Virus record (IMG/VR): IMGVR_UViG_3300031957_001651
Coordinates: 27,807 to 91,806 of that record
From: a virus
DNA length: 64,000 nt
Reading direction: 5' to 3' (one strand)
In this document: in pieces, positions 27,575 to 38,959 of the stretch
Position numbering within the stretch: the first letter of the stretch is position 1
Layout: each line of letters starts with the position of its first letter
Translations under genes and position numbers: made by a program
The notes under the pieces: generated by a model
The model's input: the letters and a program-made list of their open reading frames with translations, nothing else
Database searches by the model: none
Told to the model about the DNA's origin: nothing

Positions 27575-27610
27575 ATTCTAAATATTACATAACGTTCAAA
27601 TTAAATTAAA

Positions 27611-27928
27611 ATGGCATACAAAGGAACAGCAGCAAAATCTTCAAGTGGTGCATCTATGTCAAAGTATGACGTAGAAGTCGAAGCAAGACTTAAAGCACTG
27701 GAAGCAGAAGCACATACAAAGCCAACTGGTGCTACTGCAGCAAAGGTTGAAGAGAGACTATCTGCTTTGGAAGCAAAAGCACACACACCTTGCGAAGGTG
27801 GTGGTAAGTCTGCTAAAGTAAATGCAGCAGCACTTCCAGCCAATGCTCCTAGAAAGACTACTCAACCACAAGGAAGAATCGACGCACTAGAAGCAAGACT
27901 TGAGGCACTAATCGCACAACTTTCCTGA
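27611..27928 (+). CDS. Hypothetical protein with RLxALE repeats
   Basis: EARLKALEAEAHT / EERLSALEAKAHT / EARLEAL. Confidence 0.7.
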   Translation: MAYKGTAAKSSSGASMSKYDVEVEARLKALEAEAHTKPTGATAAKVEERLSALEAKAHTPCEGGGKSAKVNAAALPANAPRKTTQPQGRIDALEARLEALIAQLS

Positions 27929-27934
27929 TGACTT

Positions 27935-28549
27935 ATGTCAATTGAATTGATTCCTTTATTCTCTGTCCCTGTTATTAAGTTTAAGTTCAGTAAGCATAAT
28001 AATTACAACTTCCCAACCATTAGGAGGCAAGAACGCATTCCTGATGGTTGGGAACTTTCGCTTAATAGTACATATCCAGAAATAGAAGATGATGATCCAT
28101 TGGTTCCTCGTGAAATGAGAGAGTCTATGGAACGTGATCTATATCTTGATACTAGGGCAGTATTGAAAAGACTTGATGTATCTTATGACAATATTTTTAT
28201 AAAGGATTTTTGGTATAACGTATACCATGAAGATCAAGGACAAGAACCTCATGATCATCTTGGAAATGCGGGAGATCCATCCCTTTATTGGTCATGCATC
28301 TATTATAATAGAGGAGCATCACCAACAAAGTTTCATAATGCACATAGATATATGAAACTTTGTATGCCAGTTCACCTTGGGGAGAATTCACCACTTTCCG
28401 ATATGTATATTGATATGTATGACCAGGAAGTTGATGATGGTGATATCATTATGTTTCCACCTTGGATGGTTCATGAGGTTGTTCCTCAAAAGAAAGTTGA
28501 TAAAATGAGATTGACATTTACATTTAACATAGGATATAATCATGAGTGA
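27935..28549 (+). CDS. Putative 2OG-Fe(II) oxygenase
   Basis: [32 protein letters not shown]. Confidence 0.85.
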   Translation: MSIELIPLFSVPVIKFKFSKHNNYNFPTIRRQERIPDGWELSLNSTYPEIEDDDPLVPREMRESMERDLYLDTRAVLKRLDVSYDNIFIKDFWYNVYHEDQGQEPHDHLGNAGDPSLYWSCIYYNRGASPTKFHNAHRYMKLCMPVHLGENSPLSDMYIDMYDQEVDDGDIIMFPPWMVHEVVPQKKVDKMRLTFTFNIGYNHE

Positions 28550-29570
28550 TGTGAAGAAGAAAATGAAGACAGCATTAATTACTGGTATTACTGGGCAGGA
28601 TGGTTCTTATCTTGCCGAGTTGCTACTTGAAAAGGGATATATGGTGCATGGCATTGTTCGGAGAGCATCTCTAATCAATACTGCTCGCATTGATCATATC
28701 TTTGATCATGAACGAGTTAAGTTGCATTATGGGGATCTATCTGATTCTGCAAATATTGTTCATATCCTTCAGAAATGTCAACCAGATGAGATCTATAATC
28801 TTGCTGCACAAAGTCATGTGAAGGTATCTTTTGAGATGCCCGAGTACACTGGTAATGTAGATGGTCTTGGCACACTTCGTATCCTTGAAGCAGTTCGTAT
28901 TTTAGGTATGGAGAAGAAGTGCCGTATCTATCAAGCATCAACGTCTGAGATGTATGGACTTGTTCAGGAGACTCCTCAGACTGAGACCACACCTTTCTAT
29001 CCACGTTCTCCATATGGATGTGCAAAGGTTTACTCCTATTGGATCACAAAGAACTATCGTGAGTCCTATGGAATGTATGCTTGTACTGGCATCCTATTCA
29101 ATCATGAATCACCTCGTCGTGGTGAGACCTTTGTGACTCGTAAGATCACTCGTGGTCTTTCTCGTATTTCTGTTGGAGAGCAAAAGGTTCTCTATCTTGG
29201 AAACCTAGATGCAAAACGAGATTGGGGACATGCAAAGGATTATGTTCGTGCTATGTGGTTAATGCTGCAACAGGATGAACCTGATGATTTTGTGATTGCT
29301 ACTGGAAAGCAGTATTCAGTTCGTGAATTTGTGGAAAGAGTTGCTCCTTACTTTGGAATTACAATTGAATGGGTTGGTGAGGGTGATGATGAGATTGGTA
29401 TGGATAAGCATACTAGGAAAACAATTATTGCTGTCCATCCTAAATATTATCGTCCTGCTGAAGTTGAAACTCTTCTTGGTGATTCTACCAAAGCAAAGGA
29501 GAAACTTGGATGGGAACCTGAAATTTCTTTCGATGAACTAATTGAGGATATGTGTATCTATGGACAATGA
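28542..29570 (+). CDS. gmd: GDP-mannose 4,6-dehydratase
   Basis: [39 protein letters not shown]. Confidence 0.97.
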   Translation: MSDVKKKMKTALITGITGQDGSYLAELLLEKGYMVHGIVRRASLINTARIDHIFDHERVKLHYGDLSDSANIVHILQKCQPDEIYNLAAQSHVKVSFEMPEYTGNVDGLGTLRILEAVRILGMEKKCRIYQASTSEMYGLVQETPQTETTPFYPRSPYGCAKVYSYWITKNYRESYGMYACTGILFNHESPRRGETFVTRKITRGLSRISVGEQKVLYLGNLDAKRDWGHAKDYVRAMWLMLQQDEPDDFVIATGKQYSVREFVERVAPYFGITIEWVGEGDDEIGMDKHTRKTIIAVHPKYYRPAEVETLLGDSTKAKEKLGWEPEISFDELIEDMCIYGQ

Positions 29571-30570
29571 TTCAAGAATTTTTCTTGCTGGTCATAATGG
29601 TTTAGTTGGGTCAGCAATTCTTAGAAAGTTAAGGGCAGAAGGATATAAAAATATTATTCTTGCCGATAGATCTGTTGATCTTAGGTATGCTGATCAAGTA
29701 AAATCATTCATTAGTGAATCGATACCAGATTATGTTATCTGTGCTGCAGCAAAAGTTGGTGGTATTATTGGTAATAGAGATTACAAAGCAGATATCATCT
29801 GGGATAATCTAATGATTCAAACGAATCTGATTGATCTCTCATGGGATTGGAATGTTAAAAAACTTCTCTTCTTGGGATCGTCTTGCATCTATCCAAAACA
29901 TGCATCGATTCCAATCAAAGAGGAATCTCTATTGACTGGTCCTTTAGAACCAACGAATGATGCTTATGCAATTGCAAAGATTGCTGGTATTAAGATGTGT
30001 CAATCATACCATGAACAGCATGGTTTTAATGCCATCAGTGCAATGCCTTGCAATCTATATGGACCTGGTGATAACTTTCACCCAGAGAAGTCTCATGTTC
30101 TTCCTGGAATGATTCGCAGATTCCATGAAGCAAAGGAACAGAATTTGCCAACAGTAACTTGCTGGGGTGATGGTTCACCTTTACGTGAGTTCTTGCATGT
30201 AGATGACCTTGCGTCCGCATGTGTATATCTGATGAATAATTATGATGATCCTCAGCAAATCATCAACGTTGGATCTGGAATTGAAGTTTCAATTAAGGAA
30301 CTTGCAGAAACTATTGCTGATGTAGTAGGATATAAGGGTCTCATTATGTGGGACACTGAAAAACCAAATGGAACCATGCGTAAAGTAATGGATGTTTCCA
30401 GAATCAAAGCAACTGGATGGGAACCAAAGATTAGTTTGCGTGAAGGTATTGAGTTTACCTATAAATGGTTTGTTGATTCTCTGGGTGCAATTAGAGGTAT
30501 GGATGATCTTGAAGGTGAAGTGAATGAGATTCTTAAAAAGAATTGTTGTAAAGGATGTAGTGAAGAATGA
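29560..30570 (+). CDS. fcl: GDP-L-fucose synthase
   Basis: [47 protein letters not shown]. Confidence 0.95.
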   Translation: MDNDSRIFLAGHNGLVGSAILRKLRAEGYKNIILADRSVDLRYADQVKSFISESIPDYVICAAAKVGGIIGNRDYKADIIWDNLMIQTNLIDLSWDWNVKKLLFLGSSCIYPKHASIPIKEESLLTGPLEPTNDAYAIAKIAGIKMCQSYHEQHGFNAISAMPCNLYGPGDNFHPEKSHVLPGMIRRFHEAKEQNLPTVTCWGDGSPLREFLHVDDLASACVYLMNNYDDPQQIINVGSGIEVSIKELAETIADVVGYKGLIMWDTEKPNGTMRKVMDVSRIKATGWEPKISLREGIEFTYKWFVDSLGAIRGMDDLEGEVNEILKKNCCKGCSEE

Positions 30571-31556
30571 AAACAGCATTAGTTTGTGGAGCAGGTGGCT
30601 TTATTGGAAGTCATATGGTTCGTCGTCTCAAAAAAGAAGGATATTGGGTTCGTGGAGTTGATCTAAAGTATCCAGAGTTTTCAGAAACAGAAGCAGATGA
30701 GTTTATTATTGGTGATTTGACTGATGATGCATTAGCATTAAATGTTTGTAATCGATCCTTTGATGAGATCTATCAGTTTGCTGCTGATATGGGTGGAGCA
30801 GGTTATCTCTTTACGGGTGAGAACGATGCAAATATTATGCATAACTCTGTTCAGATTAATCTGAATGTTTTAAGAGCAGCATCAATTACATCGATTGATA
30901 CTACAAAGATTTTCTATTCATCTTCTGCTTGTGTCTATTCAGAACTCAACCAGGAGGATGTAAATCATATTGATACATCTGAGGCAAGTGTATATCCTGC
31001 ACAACCAGACTCTGAGTATGGGTGGGAAAAATTATTCAGTGAGAGACTGTACTTTGCTTTTGCAAAGCAGTATGAACTAGATGTAAAGGTTGCACGTTAT
31101 CATAATGTATTTGGTCCTGAGGGAACCTGGACTGGTGGTAAGGAGAAAGTACCTGCTGCTATGTGTCGTAAGGTTGCTGAAGTTCCTGAAGTTGGTGGAC
31201 ATATTCAGGTTTGGGGTAATGGTGAGCAAACAAGATCATTCCTGTTCATTGATGAATGTATTGAAGCAACATATCGTTTGATGCAATCCGATTGGAGTGG
31301 ACCAGTTAATATTGGTTCTGAAGAGATGGTTAGTATTAATGATCTTGTAGATATTGTTTCCAGTGTTGCTGGAAAACCAGTTCGTAGAGTTCATAAGATT
31401 GATGCCAATTGTATTGGTGTTAAGGCACGTAACTCAAATAATGATTTGATTCGTAAGATGCTAGAATGGGATTATACGATGTCTTTGAAAGAAGGTATTG
31501 AAATTACTTACGATTGGATTCGTACACAAGTTGAGGAGTCTAATAAATGTTCCTAG
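30567..31556 (+). CDS. NAD-dependent epimerase (GDP-mannose 3,5-epimerase-like)
   Basis: GAGGFIG, AADMGG, YSSSACVY, YGWEKL, GGKEKVPAAMCRK. Confidence 0.85.
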   Translation: MKTALVCGAGGFIGSHMVRRLKKEGYWVRGVDLKYPEFSETEADEFIIGDLTDDALALNVCNRSFDEIYQFAADMGGAGYLFTGENDANIMHNSVQINLNVLRAASITSIDTTKIFYSSSACVYSELNQEDVNHIDTSEASVYPAQPDSEYGWEKLFSERLYFAFAKQYELDVKVARYHNVFGPEGTWTGGKEKVPAAMCRKVAEVPEVGGHIQVWGNGEQTRSFLFIDECIEATYRLMQSDWSGPVNIGSEEMVSINDLVDIVSSVAGKPVRRVHKIDANCIGVKARNSNNDLIRKMLEWDYTMSLKEGIEITYDWIRTQVEESNKCS

Positions 31557-32395
31557 TAGCAACCACAAGGTCGGTATTATATGTCCGTGAAGATAATGTG
31601 ATCACTCCTGTAGATCGTGGTAAAGGTCTTTATTACGGTCTAACAAAAAACTTTGGTAAGTATTATGTTGCTTGCCGTAATAGTGATCCCACAAACACTA
31701 ATACTTTTATTCCTCCTGAAGAAGAGAGTGGAGATATTATTGTATTAGATAATAGACTAAGATCAGAGACAATTCTTGAACCAGAAGATTTCAAATTACA
31801 AGATCTTCATGGCATTGCATTCTGGGGTGGCAGACTTCTCTGTACATCTAGTTACGGTGATTACATTGCAATCTATGATGGTGAGAAGTGGGATAGATGG
31901 CAACCCATTCCACCAAGACGTAACTGCAGTTATCGAGATAGTCATCACTTAAATACTATCTACGGAACAGACAATCGTTTATATATCCTTGCACATAACT
32001 GGGATAATGGTAGTTTTATTCTTGAGTTTGATGGCATTGGTCAACCACCACGACAGATTCATAGTAATATGGGAATCCAATGTCATGATCTATGGATGTA
32101 TAAAGGTGATATCTACACTCTAAGTTCTAAAGAAGGACGTGTTCGATCTACTGGTGGTTTTGTAAAAGATCTAGGTGGATGGGTACGTGGTTTTGCTCAT
32201 GTTGATGATCATTTCTGGGTAGGTGTTTCACCTACAGCAAAGAGAAGTGATCGTGCATTTGGTGATGCTCTCATTCGTAAGTATGATGAGAACTGGAATC
32301 AAGTTGGTGAACTTGTTTTAGAAGACGAGGGTCAAATTCTATCAATCCTTGATATTGGACGCAAGGCATCAAATCCACAATTGGCAATGATATGA
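31547..32395 (+). CDS. Putative beta-propeller protein
   Basis: Repeated H-containing blades (DLHGI, HHLNTI, CHDL, WVRGFA). Confidence 0.55.
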   Translation: MFLVATTRSVLYVREDNVITPVDRGKGLYYGLTKNFGKYYVACRNSDPTNTNTFIPPEEESGDIIVLDNRLRSETILEPEDFKLQDLHGIAFWGGRLLCTSSYGDYIAIYDGEKWDRWQPIPPRRNCSYRDSHHLNTIYGTDNRLYILAHNWDNGSFILEFDGIGQPPRQIHSNMGIQCHDLWMYKGDIYTLSSKEGRVRSTGGFVKDLGGWVRGFAHVDDHFWVGVSPTAKRSDRAFGDALIRKYDENWNQVGELVLEDEGQILSILDIGRKASNPQLAMI

Positions 32396-33261
32396 AGATT
32401 TATATTTGGGGGCACAAACTCCACGAACACACTCACAGTTATATTCATAGTTCTTACTACAAAGCATTTGATTATCTTGGTCATGAAGTCTATTGGATTG
32501 ATCATAGAGATGATCCAAATATGTACGACTTCTCGGATTCAGTTTTCTTTACAGAAAATTTTGTAAAGAATGGGATGCCTCTTCGTAAGGATTGTAAGTA
32601 TATTACTCATCATATTGATACCAAATACCTAACTGATGCTGGTGTTCCTTATGAGAATGTTTTGAAGTTGGGAAACTACTTGCCAAGTTTGGAGATTCAT
32701 GAAAAGGTAGATCACTTGGCATATTGGGATGAATCTACTCGTACTCTTTATCAACCTTGGGGAACAGACTTACTACCTCACGAAATTGATGAGAATAATC
32801 CTGCAAAGTTTGATAGGAGTAAAAGGGAGTTAAACTATATTGGAATGCTTTATGAGCAAGGACCATGGTGGGCACAATCATTTGCAGACATTATTTGGGA
32901 GAAAGATAATGTAGCATTCAAAGTCTTTACACAAAATGCATCTGATGATGAGAATAGAAAACTAGTTAGATCTTCATTCTTATGTCCAGACTTTAGAAGT
33001 GATTGGCACTTGCAATGTGGATACATTCCGTGTAGAATATTCAAGAATATTAGTTATGGTAGAGTAACTGGAACTAATTCACCATATGTAAAACGTGCAT
33101 TTGGGGATTATGTTGCATATGGTGGTACACCAGACACCTTATATTCAAATCTACTAGAATCAGATGCTGGTGGAAATATTGACATTAGAGAAGCAATGCT
33201 TTTTGTCAAAGAAAAACATACATTTATCAATAGAGTCAACACTATCTTGAAGTTATTATGA
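32392..33261 (+). CDS. Putative glycosyltransferase (GT-B, CgeB-like)
   Basis: GHEVYW, GYIPCRIFKNISYG, EKHTFINRV. Confidence 0.6.
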   Translation: MKIYIWGHKLHEHTHSYIHSSYYKAFDYLGHEVYWIDHRDDPNMYDFSDSVFFTENFVKNGMPLRKDCKYITHHIDTKYLTDAGVPYENVLKLGNYLPSLEIHEKVDHLAYWDESTRTLYQPWGTDLLPHEIDENNPAKFDRSKRELNYIGMLYEQGPWWAQSFADIIWEKDNVAFKVFTQNASDDENRKLVRSSFLCPDFRSDWHLQCGYIPCRIFKNISYGRVTGTNSPYVKRAFGDYVAYGGTPDTLYSNLLESDAGGNIDIREAMLFVKEKHTFINRVNTILKLL

Positions 33262-34043
33262 TCGGTTTTAATCATCTAGGTCAGCACGGAAGACTTGGTA
33301 ATCAAATGTTTCAATATGCTGCACTCCGTGGTATTGCCGCGGCACGTGGATATGATTTCTGCATTCCCCAATCGGATTTTGTAGATGAGTGGAAGGATCA
33401 TCAGTTGTTTGAAACTTTTAAACTCCCACATAATAATAATCGTGGGTATCAACTTCAACCAGATTATTATCAGGAGAAGCAATTTCATTATGATCAGGAG
33501 TATGTAGATAATTGTCCTGATCAGATTTGCCTATTTGGATATTTTCAAACTGAAAGATACTTTGAAAATATTGCTGATAGTATTAGGGAAGACTATACTT
33601 TCCATGATGAGATTGTAGAGACTTGCACTGAATTTATTGAGCAAGTAGACAATCCTCTCGCACTTCATGTTCGTAGAACTGATTATGTTTCCAAGGCAGC
33701 AGATCATCCACCATGCAGTTCTGAATATTATCAAGAAGCATTGAGTAAGTTTGATGATGATCGTAATGTAATTGTATTTTCCGATGATCCTGTGTGGTGT
33801 AAAGAACAAAGTATCTTCTCTTCAGATCGTTTCATGGTTGCTGAAGGAAATGACAATCGTTATGATCTATGTTTGATGTCCCTATGTAAAGACTTTATTA
33901 TTGCCAACTCTTCTTTCTCATGGTGGGGTGCTTGGTTGGCAAATCGTGGAGGAGTAGTTGCTCCTGCTCGGTGGTTTGGTGAAGGGTATACGGCAAAAAA
34001 TGATACTCGTGATATTGTTCCCAGTAACTGGTTGAAAGTATGA
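33258..34043 (+). CDS. Alpha-1,2-fucosyltransferase (GT11)
   Basis: GRLGNQMFQYA, GYFQ, LHVRRTDY, FSDD, NSSFSWWGAWL. Confidence 0.92.
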   Translation: MIGFNHLGQHGRLGNQMFQYAALRGIAAARGYDFCIPQSDFVDEWKDHQLFETFKLPHNNNRGYQLQPDYYQEKQFHYDQEYVDNCPDQICLFGYFQTERYFENIADSIREDYTFHDEIVETCTEFIEQVDNPLALHVRRTDYVSKAADHPPCSSEYYQEALSKFDDDRNVIVFSDDPVWCKEQSIFSSDRFMVAEGNDNRYDLCLMSLCKDFIIANSSFSWWGAWLANRGGVVAPARWFGEGYTAKNDTRDIVPSNWLKV

Positions 34044-34792
34044 TTGATCTATCAGTTGCTATTCCTACTTATGAAATGGGTGGTGTAGGACCAGATTACC
34101 TTAGAGAATTGTTTTCAAGTATTGCAAAGCAAACGTTCAAGAATTTTGAGGTTTGCATCTCAGATCATTCTAAGGATGATTCTACTCTTGAAGTATGTGA
34201 AGAGTATTCTCAAGACTTTACGATTCAATACTTTAAGAATGTAGAAGATCGTGGTAATGGTCCAGCAAATACAAACTCAGCAGTTGAGATGTGCTCGGGT
34301 CAGTATACTAAATTAATCTTTTCTGATGATCTATTCATTAATGATAATGCCTTTGAATTGATTGTAAGAACCTTTGATGCTACTGATTGTAATTGGTTAT
34401 TCAATGGATTTAAGCATACATCTGACGGTAGAAACTTTGTAAGACCAATGATTCCTCGTTGGACTGATATGATGTTGGAGGGTAGAAATCTTCTTGGTTC
34501 TCCTTCTTGCGTTTCCTTTAAGACTGATAAGTTTGTGAGATTTGATTCTCAACTTAAACTGTTAATGGATACTGATTTTTATCATCGTATGCGTTGTGAG
34601 AATGGTTCTCCTGGATTGATTCAAGAATATCTAATTGCTAATCGTGAGCATCCAAATAGAATTAGTTCTGCTAATGTAGATTACAACCATAGGTTTGACC
34701 ATCCAGAAGGATCTTGGATTGTAAATAAGGAAGAACTAGACTATGTTCTAGAGAAAAACAAAACCAATACATATGAAAATGAGAAAGATTGA
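34040..34792 (+). CDS. Glycosyltransferase family 2
   Basis: SVAIPTY, ISDHSKD, FSDD, DTDFY. Confidence 0.85.
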   Translation: MIDLSVAIPTYEMGGVGPDYLRELFSSIAKQTFKNFEVCISDHSKDDSTLEVCEEYSQDFTIQYFKNVEDRGNGPANTNSAVEMCSGQYTKLIFSDDLFINDNAFELIVRTFDATDCNWLFNGFKHTSDGRNFVRPMIPRWTDMMLEGRNLLGSPSCVSFKTDKFVRFDSQLKLLMDTDFYHRMRCENGSPGLIQEYLIANREHPNRISSANVDYNHRFDHPEGSWIVNKEELDYVLEKNKTNTYENEKD

Positions 34793-35618
34793 TTTATCTA
34801 ATGCAACCTTTATCGTTCCTATTAGATTGGAGTCTCCAGATCGACTGAGGAATGTAATCACAAGTTTGTGCTATATCTTAGCAAACTTTAAAACTAATGT
34901 AATAGTTCATGAAGTTGATTCCGAGTCTGTATTTGCAGAAAGTGCTTTACCACAGATTACGGAATTTCTTGATGGGGATGTAGGAGATCTTAAACATATT
35001 TTTGAGCAGTCTGATGCACCATCATTTCATAGACAGAGAGTTCTCAATGATATGATTATGATGTCAACTACTAAAGTAGTTGTGAATTATGATTGTGATG
35101 TTCTACTTCCAAGAGAAACCTATCAACATGCATATGAGATCATCAACAATGATCATGCAGATGTAATCTATCCATATGGTGATGGTAATTGGCAGTATCA
35201 AGTCTTTGCTGACGATGAACTTGTTACGGAATTCCTTACCAATGACTTCGATATGAGGATCCTAAATAAGAAGTCAAAAGTCTATATGTCCAAATATGGA
35301 TTTTGTCAATTCTTCAATAGAGATGTTTATATTGAAGGTGGATTAGAGAATGAAAATTTTGTAGCATATGCTCCAGAAGATGTAGAAAGATATCATAGAT
35401 TTACAACTCTTGGATATAGAGTTGGTAGAGTACCTGACTGGGTGTATCATTTAGAACATTCTAGGACTCCAAATTCATGGGTCAATAATCCACATATGCA
35501 AGAAAATAATGCAGAGTGGGAAAATATTCGGAAGATGCAACCTAATGAATTAAGAGAGTATATCACCAGTCAGGAATATTATAAGAAAAGGTTATGTCAA
35601 ACAAAAGAATTGCAGTAA
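34773..35618 (+). CDS. Glycosyltransferase (GT-A, GT2/GT7-like)
   Basis: YDCDV DxD; GGLENENFVAYAPEDVE; YHLEH. Confidence 0.8.
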   Translation: MKMRKIDLSNATFIVPIRLESPDRLRNVITSLCYILANFKTNVIVHEVDSESVFAESALPQITEFLDGDVGDLKHIFEQSDAPSFHRQRVLNDMIMMSTTKVVVNYDCDVLLPRETYQHAYEIINNDHADVIYPYGDGNWQYQVFADDELVTEFLTNDFDMRILNKKSKVYMSKYGFCQFFNRDVYIEGGLENENFVAYAPEDVERYHRFTTLGYRVGRVPDWVYHLEHSRTPNSWVNNPHMQENNAEWENIRKMQPNELREYITSQEYYKKRLCQTKELQ

Positions 35619-36286
35619 TTACATCATCAATCGGATCTAATGAATTAATTAGTCCGCAAAAGTGGATGCATAAAGTTGATTATCATGCCTTTGTAGAGCC
35701 ACAATATCTACATATTGGTGATATGTGGAATCGTCATGAATATGTTAGTTTTTCACTAGATCCAAAATACAAGAATAGAAGAGATGCAAAGATCTATAAA
35801 GTCTGTCCACATTTATTTCTTCCTGGATATGATTACTATATTTGGATGGACTCTACACATATTTTAGAAGCAGATCCAGAAGAATTGATTGAAGAATATT
35901 TGAAAGGTTCTGATATTGCAGTCTTCAAACATCCAGAACGAGATTGTGTATATGAAGAAGGAAATCTAGTCAAACAGATTGGGTTTGATCATGCTAACTT
36001 AATAGAAGATCAACTTGACTTCTATAGAGAGATGGAGTATCCTGAACATAATGGTTTATATGAACTTCCCGTAAGAATTCAAAAAAATAATGGACGAACA
36101 AAACAACTTGCTTTGATGTGGTGGGAACAGATTTGTATGTTTTCATCAAGAGATCAAATTAGTTTCCCGTTTGTCTGTGAACAATTAAATATTGAACCAA
36201 ATATTATTCCTGGAAGAGCAAACACAATTCGAGGAAACAAATATATACCACAAGTTGTAAGTTCTCATCATAGTAGAGTTGGTTAA
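35594..36286 (+). CDS. DUF616-like glycosyltransferase
   Basis: KVCPHLF, IWMDS, HPERDCVYEE, RDQISF. Confidence 0.75.
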   Translation: MSNKRIAVITSSIGSNELISPQKWMHKVDYHAFVEPQYLHIGDMWNRHEYVSFSLDPKYKNRRDAKIYKVCPHLFLPGYDYYIWMDSTHILEADPEELIEEYLKGSDIAVFKHPERDCVYEEGNLVKQIGFDHANLIEDQLDFYREMEYPEHNGLYELPVRIQKNNGRTKQLALMWWEQICMFSSRDQISFPFVCEQLNIEPNIIPGRANTIRGNKYIPQVVSSHHSRVG

Positions 36287-37611
36287 TGTGCAGTTTTCTT
36301 TTTACTGATAAAGACGTAAGTGATTTTGATTATACAAATCACTACATGAAATTTCGTGGTCCTGATGCTACGAATAGTATTCAAGTCAACGAATATACAA
36401 TTGCTCATAATATCCTCTCTATTACTGGAGAGTTTACTCCACAACCATTTGTAGATCATGATGATGAGATTGTATGTGTCTACAATGGGCAGATTTATAA
36501 TTATACTGACTTTGGTGATTATGGATCTGATGGTGAATGTATTATTCCCACATATAAGAAGTTTGGTGAACGTGCATTTGTCACACTAGACGGTGAGTTT
36601 GCAATTGTTCTTGCAGACTTTAAGAATAATCTTCTTCATTTAGTCACAGATCCATTTGCAACCAAACCACTATGGTATGGAATTGAGGATGGTAAGATTG
36701 GTGTAGCAAGTTATGAGTCTGCTGTAAAGTCTCTTGGTTTCCGAAAGGTGATCAAGCAAGATGCAAATAAAATTCTTACATTCAATCTAGAAACAAAGGA
36801 ACTAGTCAATGAATTGACTACCTATGAGTTCATTCTTCATCAATTCAGTGAATCATTTGATGGATGGATCGGTGCATTCAAAGAGTCCATTCGGAAGAGA
36901 ACCAAAGGTATTCGTGAAAAAGTATTCATTGGATTGTCTAGTGGGTATGATAGTGGTGGTATTGCATGTGAATTAAACAAACAAGATATTCCCTACAAAG
37001 CATATACTGTTGTTGGCAATGAAGATCAGAATGTGCTTCGTAAGAGATACGAAATGTTCAATGAAAACTCTTGTGGAGTAAATCTACAGGACAATCGTTG
37101 GGCATACAAAGACTACATTAATAAGAATGTAGAGGAGTTTAAGTATCGTATCTATTCCTCTAGTAGTGATTACAACGAGTTCAACACTAGACTGCAGGAT
37201 GATAATGGATCCTGTGGTCTTTCTATGATTTGTGATAATGCTCGTAAGGAAGGGCATAAAATCTATCTCTCTGGATCTGGGTCAGATGAAATTTTCTCTG
37301 ACTATGGATTCAATGGCGAGAAGAAGTTTATGCATAGTAACTTTGGTGGACTCTTTCCTGAAGATTTGTCAACAATCTTTCCATGGGCTTCATTTTATGG
37401 GAGCACTATGGTATCATATCTTGCAAAGGAGGAGTATGTTGCTGGTTCCTATGGAATAGAAACACGTTATCCATATTTGGATAAATACGTCGTCCAAGAA
37501 TTCTTATCATTAAAACATACATTGAAGAATTCAAAGTATAAGTCTGTACTTGATGAGTATCTGACTAGATCAAATTATCCATTTGAAAAAAATATTAAAA
37601 GAGGTTTTTGA
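36286..37611 (+). CDS. Asparagine synthetase-like glutamine amidotransferase
   Basis: N-terminal Cys2, RGPD, NGQIYN, DGEFA, LSSGYDS, SGSGSDE, ETRYPYLD. Confidence 0.88.
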   Translation: MCSFLFTDKDVSDFDYTNHYMKFRGPDATNSIQVNEYTIAHNILSITGEFTPQPFVDHDDEIVCVYNGQIYNYTDFGDYGSDGECIIPTYKKFGERAFVTLDGEFAIVLADFKNNLLHLVTDPFATKPLWYGIEDGKIGVASYESAVKSLGFRKVIKQDANKILTFNLETKELVNELTTYEFILHQFSESFDGWIGAFKESIRKRTKGIREKVFIGLSSGYDSGGIACELNKQDIPYKAYTVVGNEDQNVLRKRYEMFNENSCGVNLQDNRWAYKDYINKNVEEFKYRIYSSSSDYNEFNTRLQDDNGSCGLSMICDNARKEGHKIYLSGSGSDEIFSDYGFNGEKKFMHSNFGGLFPEDLSTIFPWASFYGSTMVSYLAKEEYVAGSYGIETRYPYLDKYVVQEFLSLKHTLKNSKYKSVLDEYLTRSNYPFEKNIKRGF

Positions 37612-38156
37612 TGTCGTCCACATTATCTAAAGAAGTTCTTCTAAAGCATAAGAAGAATAATGTATTTGTAGAAACTGGAACACTTTGGGGTGATGGAGTC
37701 GCAGTTGCTCTGGAGTGTGGATACGATAAGGTGATTAGTATTGAGATCGATCCTGAACGTGTCGTAGCAAACTCTGAAAGGTTTGCTGATGAGATTGCAG
37801 ATGGTCGTGTGGAATTAGTTGAGGGTGATACCTTTGATGTCTTTGAGGGCATCGTAGAGGGTTTGGAAGAACCAGCAACTTTCTGGTTGGATGCTCATTG
37901 GGATAATGATGGAGCACCAATTGGTGAGTATAAGTGCCCACTTCCATTTGAATTAGACACTATCTCAAAAAGTGATATCAGAACTCATACTCTTATGATT
38001 GATGATCGTAGACTTTTTGGTGATACGGGAAGCACTTGGGGCAATACGATTAGTGAAGATGCAATCTATGAGCAGGTAACTGCTATTAATAAGTCCTATT
38101 TCATTTCTTATGAGGATGGACATGTAGAAGATGATGTTATTGTTGCACATTGCTGA
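37611..38156 (+). CDS. Putative SAM-dependent methyltransferase-like protein
   Basis: FVETGT..G, ISIEID, EGDT, FWLDAH, IDD. Confidence 0.65.
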   Translation: MSSTLSKEVLLKHKKNNVFVETGTLWGDGVAVALECGYDKVISIEIDPERVVANSERFADEIADGRVELVEGDTFDVFEGIVEGLEEPATFWLDAHWDNDGAPIGEYKCPLPFELDTISKSDIRTHTLMIDDRRLFGDTGSTWGNTISEDAIYEQVTAINKSYFISYEDGHVEDDVIVAHC

Positions 38157-38158
38157 TT

Positions 38159-38959
38159 ATGAAATATAATGTTTTTACTACGGCTAACAAGTCGTACTTT
38201 CCTTTTGTTGATGTGCTTGTAAATTCTCTTACTGAGAACTGTCCGAATCTCAATCGAATTTATATTGCAGATTGTGGTCTCGGTGAGTATCGTAAGTATC
38301 TTCAGGACAAGGATAATGTATCGATTATGGATACTGATGTTACTGACGAATACTCTGGTGTTCATTCTGAGGGTTGGGTAAAAGCAACACAACAGAAGAC
38401 TAGAGTTCTCAGTAAACTCTTAACCATGATGGAATTTGAAGAACCACTCATTATGATTGATAGTGATGTATGTGTGTTGGAAGATCTAGCACAGGTTGTT
38501 GATACTGAATTTGATATGCAAGTAACAACAATGAATACTGGTGGACATTCCCGTGCTGATGGAATCTTTATTAGTGAGATTGCAAGTTTCTTGATTATCA
38601 ATAATTGTGATCTTGGTAAACGTTTCGTCCGTACTTGGATTAAACAGATGGAAGAGTTTGCTGAGAATGATACTCCATTTCCTCACGAAACTCCTGCACT
38701 AAATATCACATTGCAGAATAACAAACTCCTTAATGTTGGTTATCTAAAAGAATTAGAAGTATGTGCAGATCAAGAGTTGACTTCCAATACTCTTTCTGTA
38801 CACTTTAAGAGTAATGGTTCTACAAGTGATAATCCTGTGGTAAACTTTGAAAAGAGAGTGATGTCTGTTGATAATAAAACTAAGACTGATCTTGATATTG
38901 ACAAATACTTGAACGAAGAAATTTATGATCAATGGAGATCTGAATATGAAACTAACTGA
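38159..38959 (+). CDS. Nucleotide-diphospho-sugar transferase (GT-A)
   Basis: TTANKSY, IADCGL, MIDSDV DxD. Confidence 0.7.
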   Translation: MKYNVFTTANKSYFPFVDVLVNSLTENCPNLNRIYIADCGLGEYRKYLQDKDNVSIMDTDVTDEYSGVHSEGWVKATQQKTRVLSKLLTMMEFEEPLIMIDSDVCVLEDLAQVVDTEFDMQVTTMNTGGHSRADGIFISEIASFLIINNCDLGKRFVRTWIKQMEEFAENDTPFPHETPALNITLQNNKLLNVGYLKELEVCADQELTSNTLSVHFKSNGSTSDNPVVNFEKRVMSVDNKTKTDLDIDKYLNEEIYDQWRSEYETN

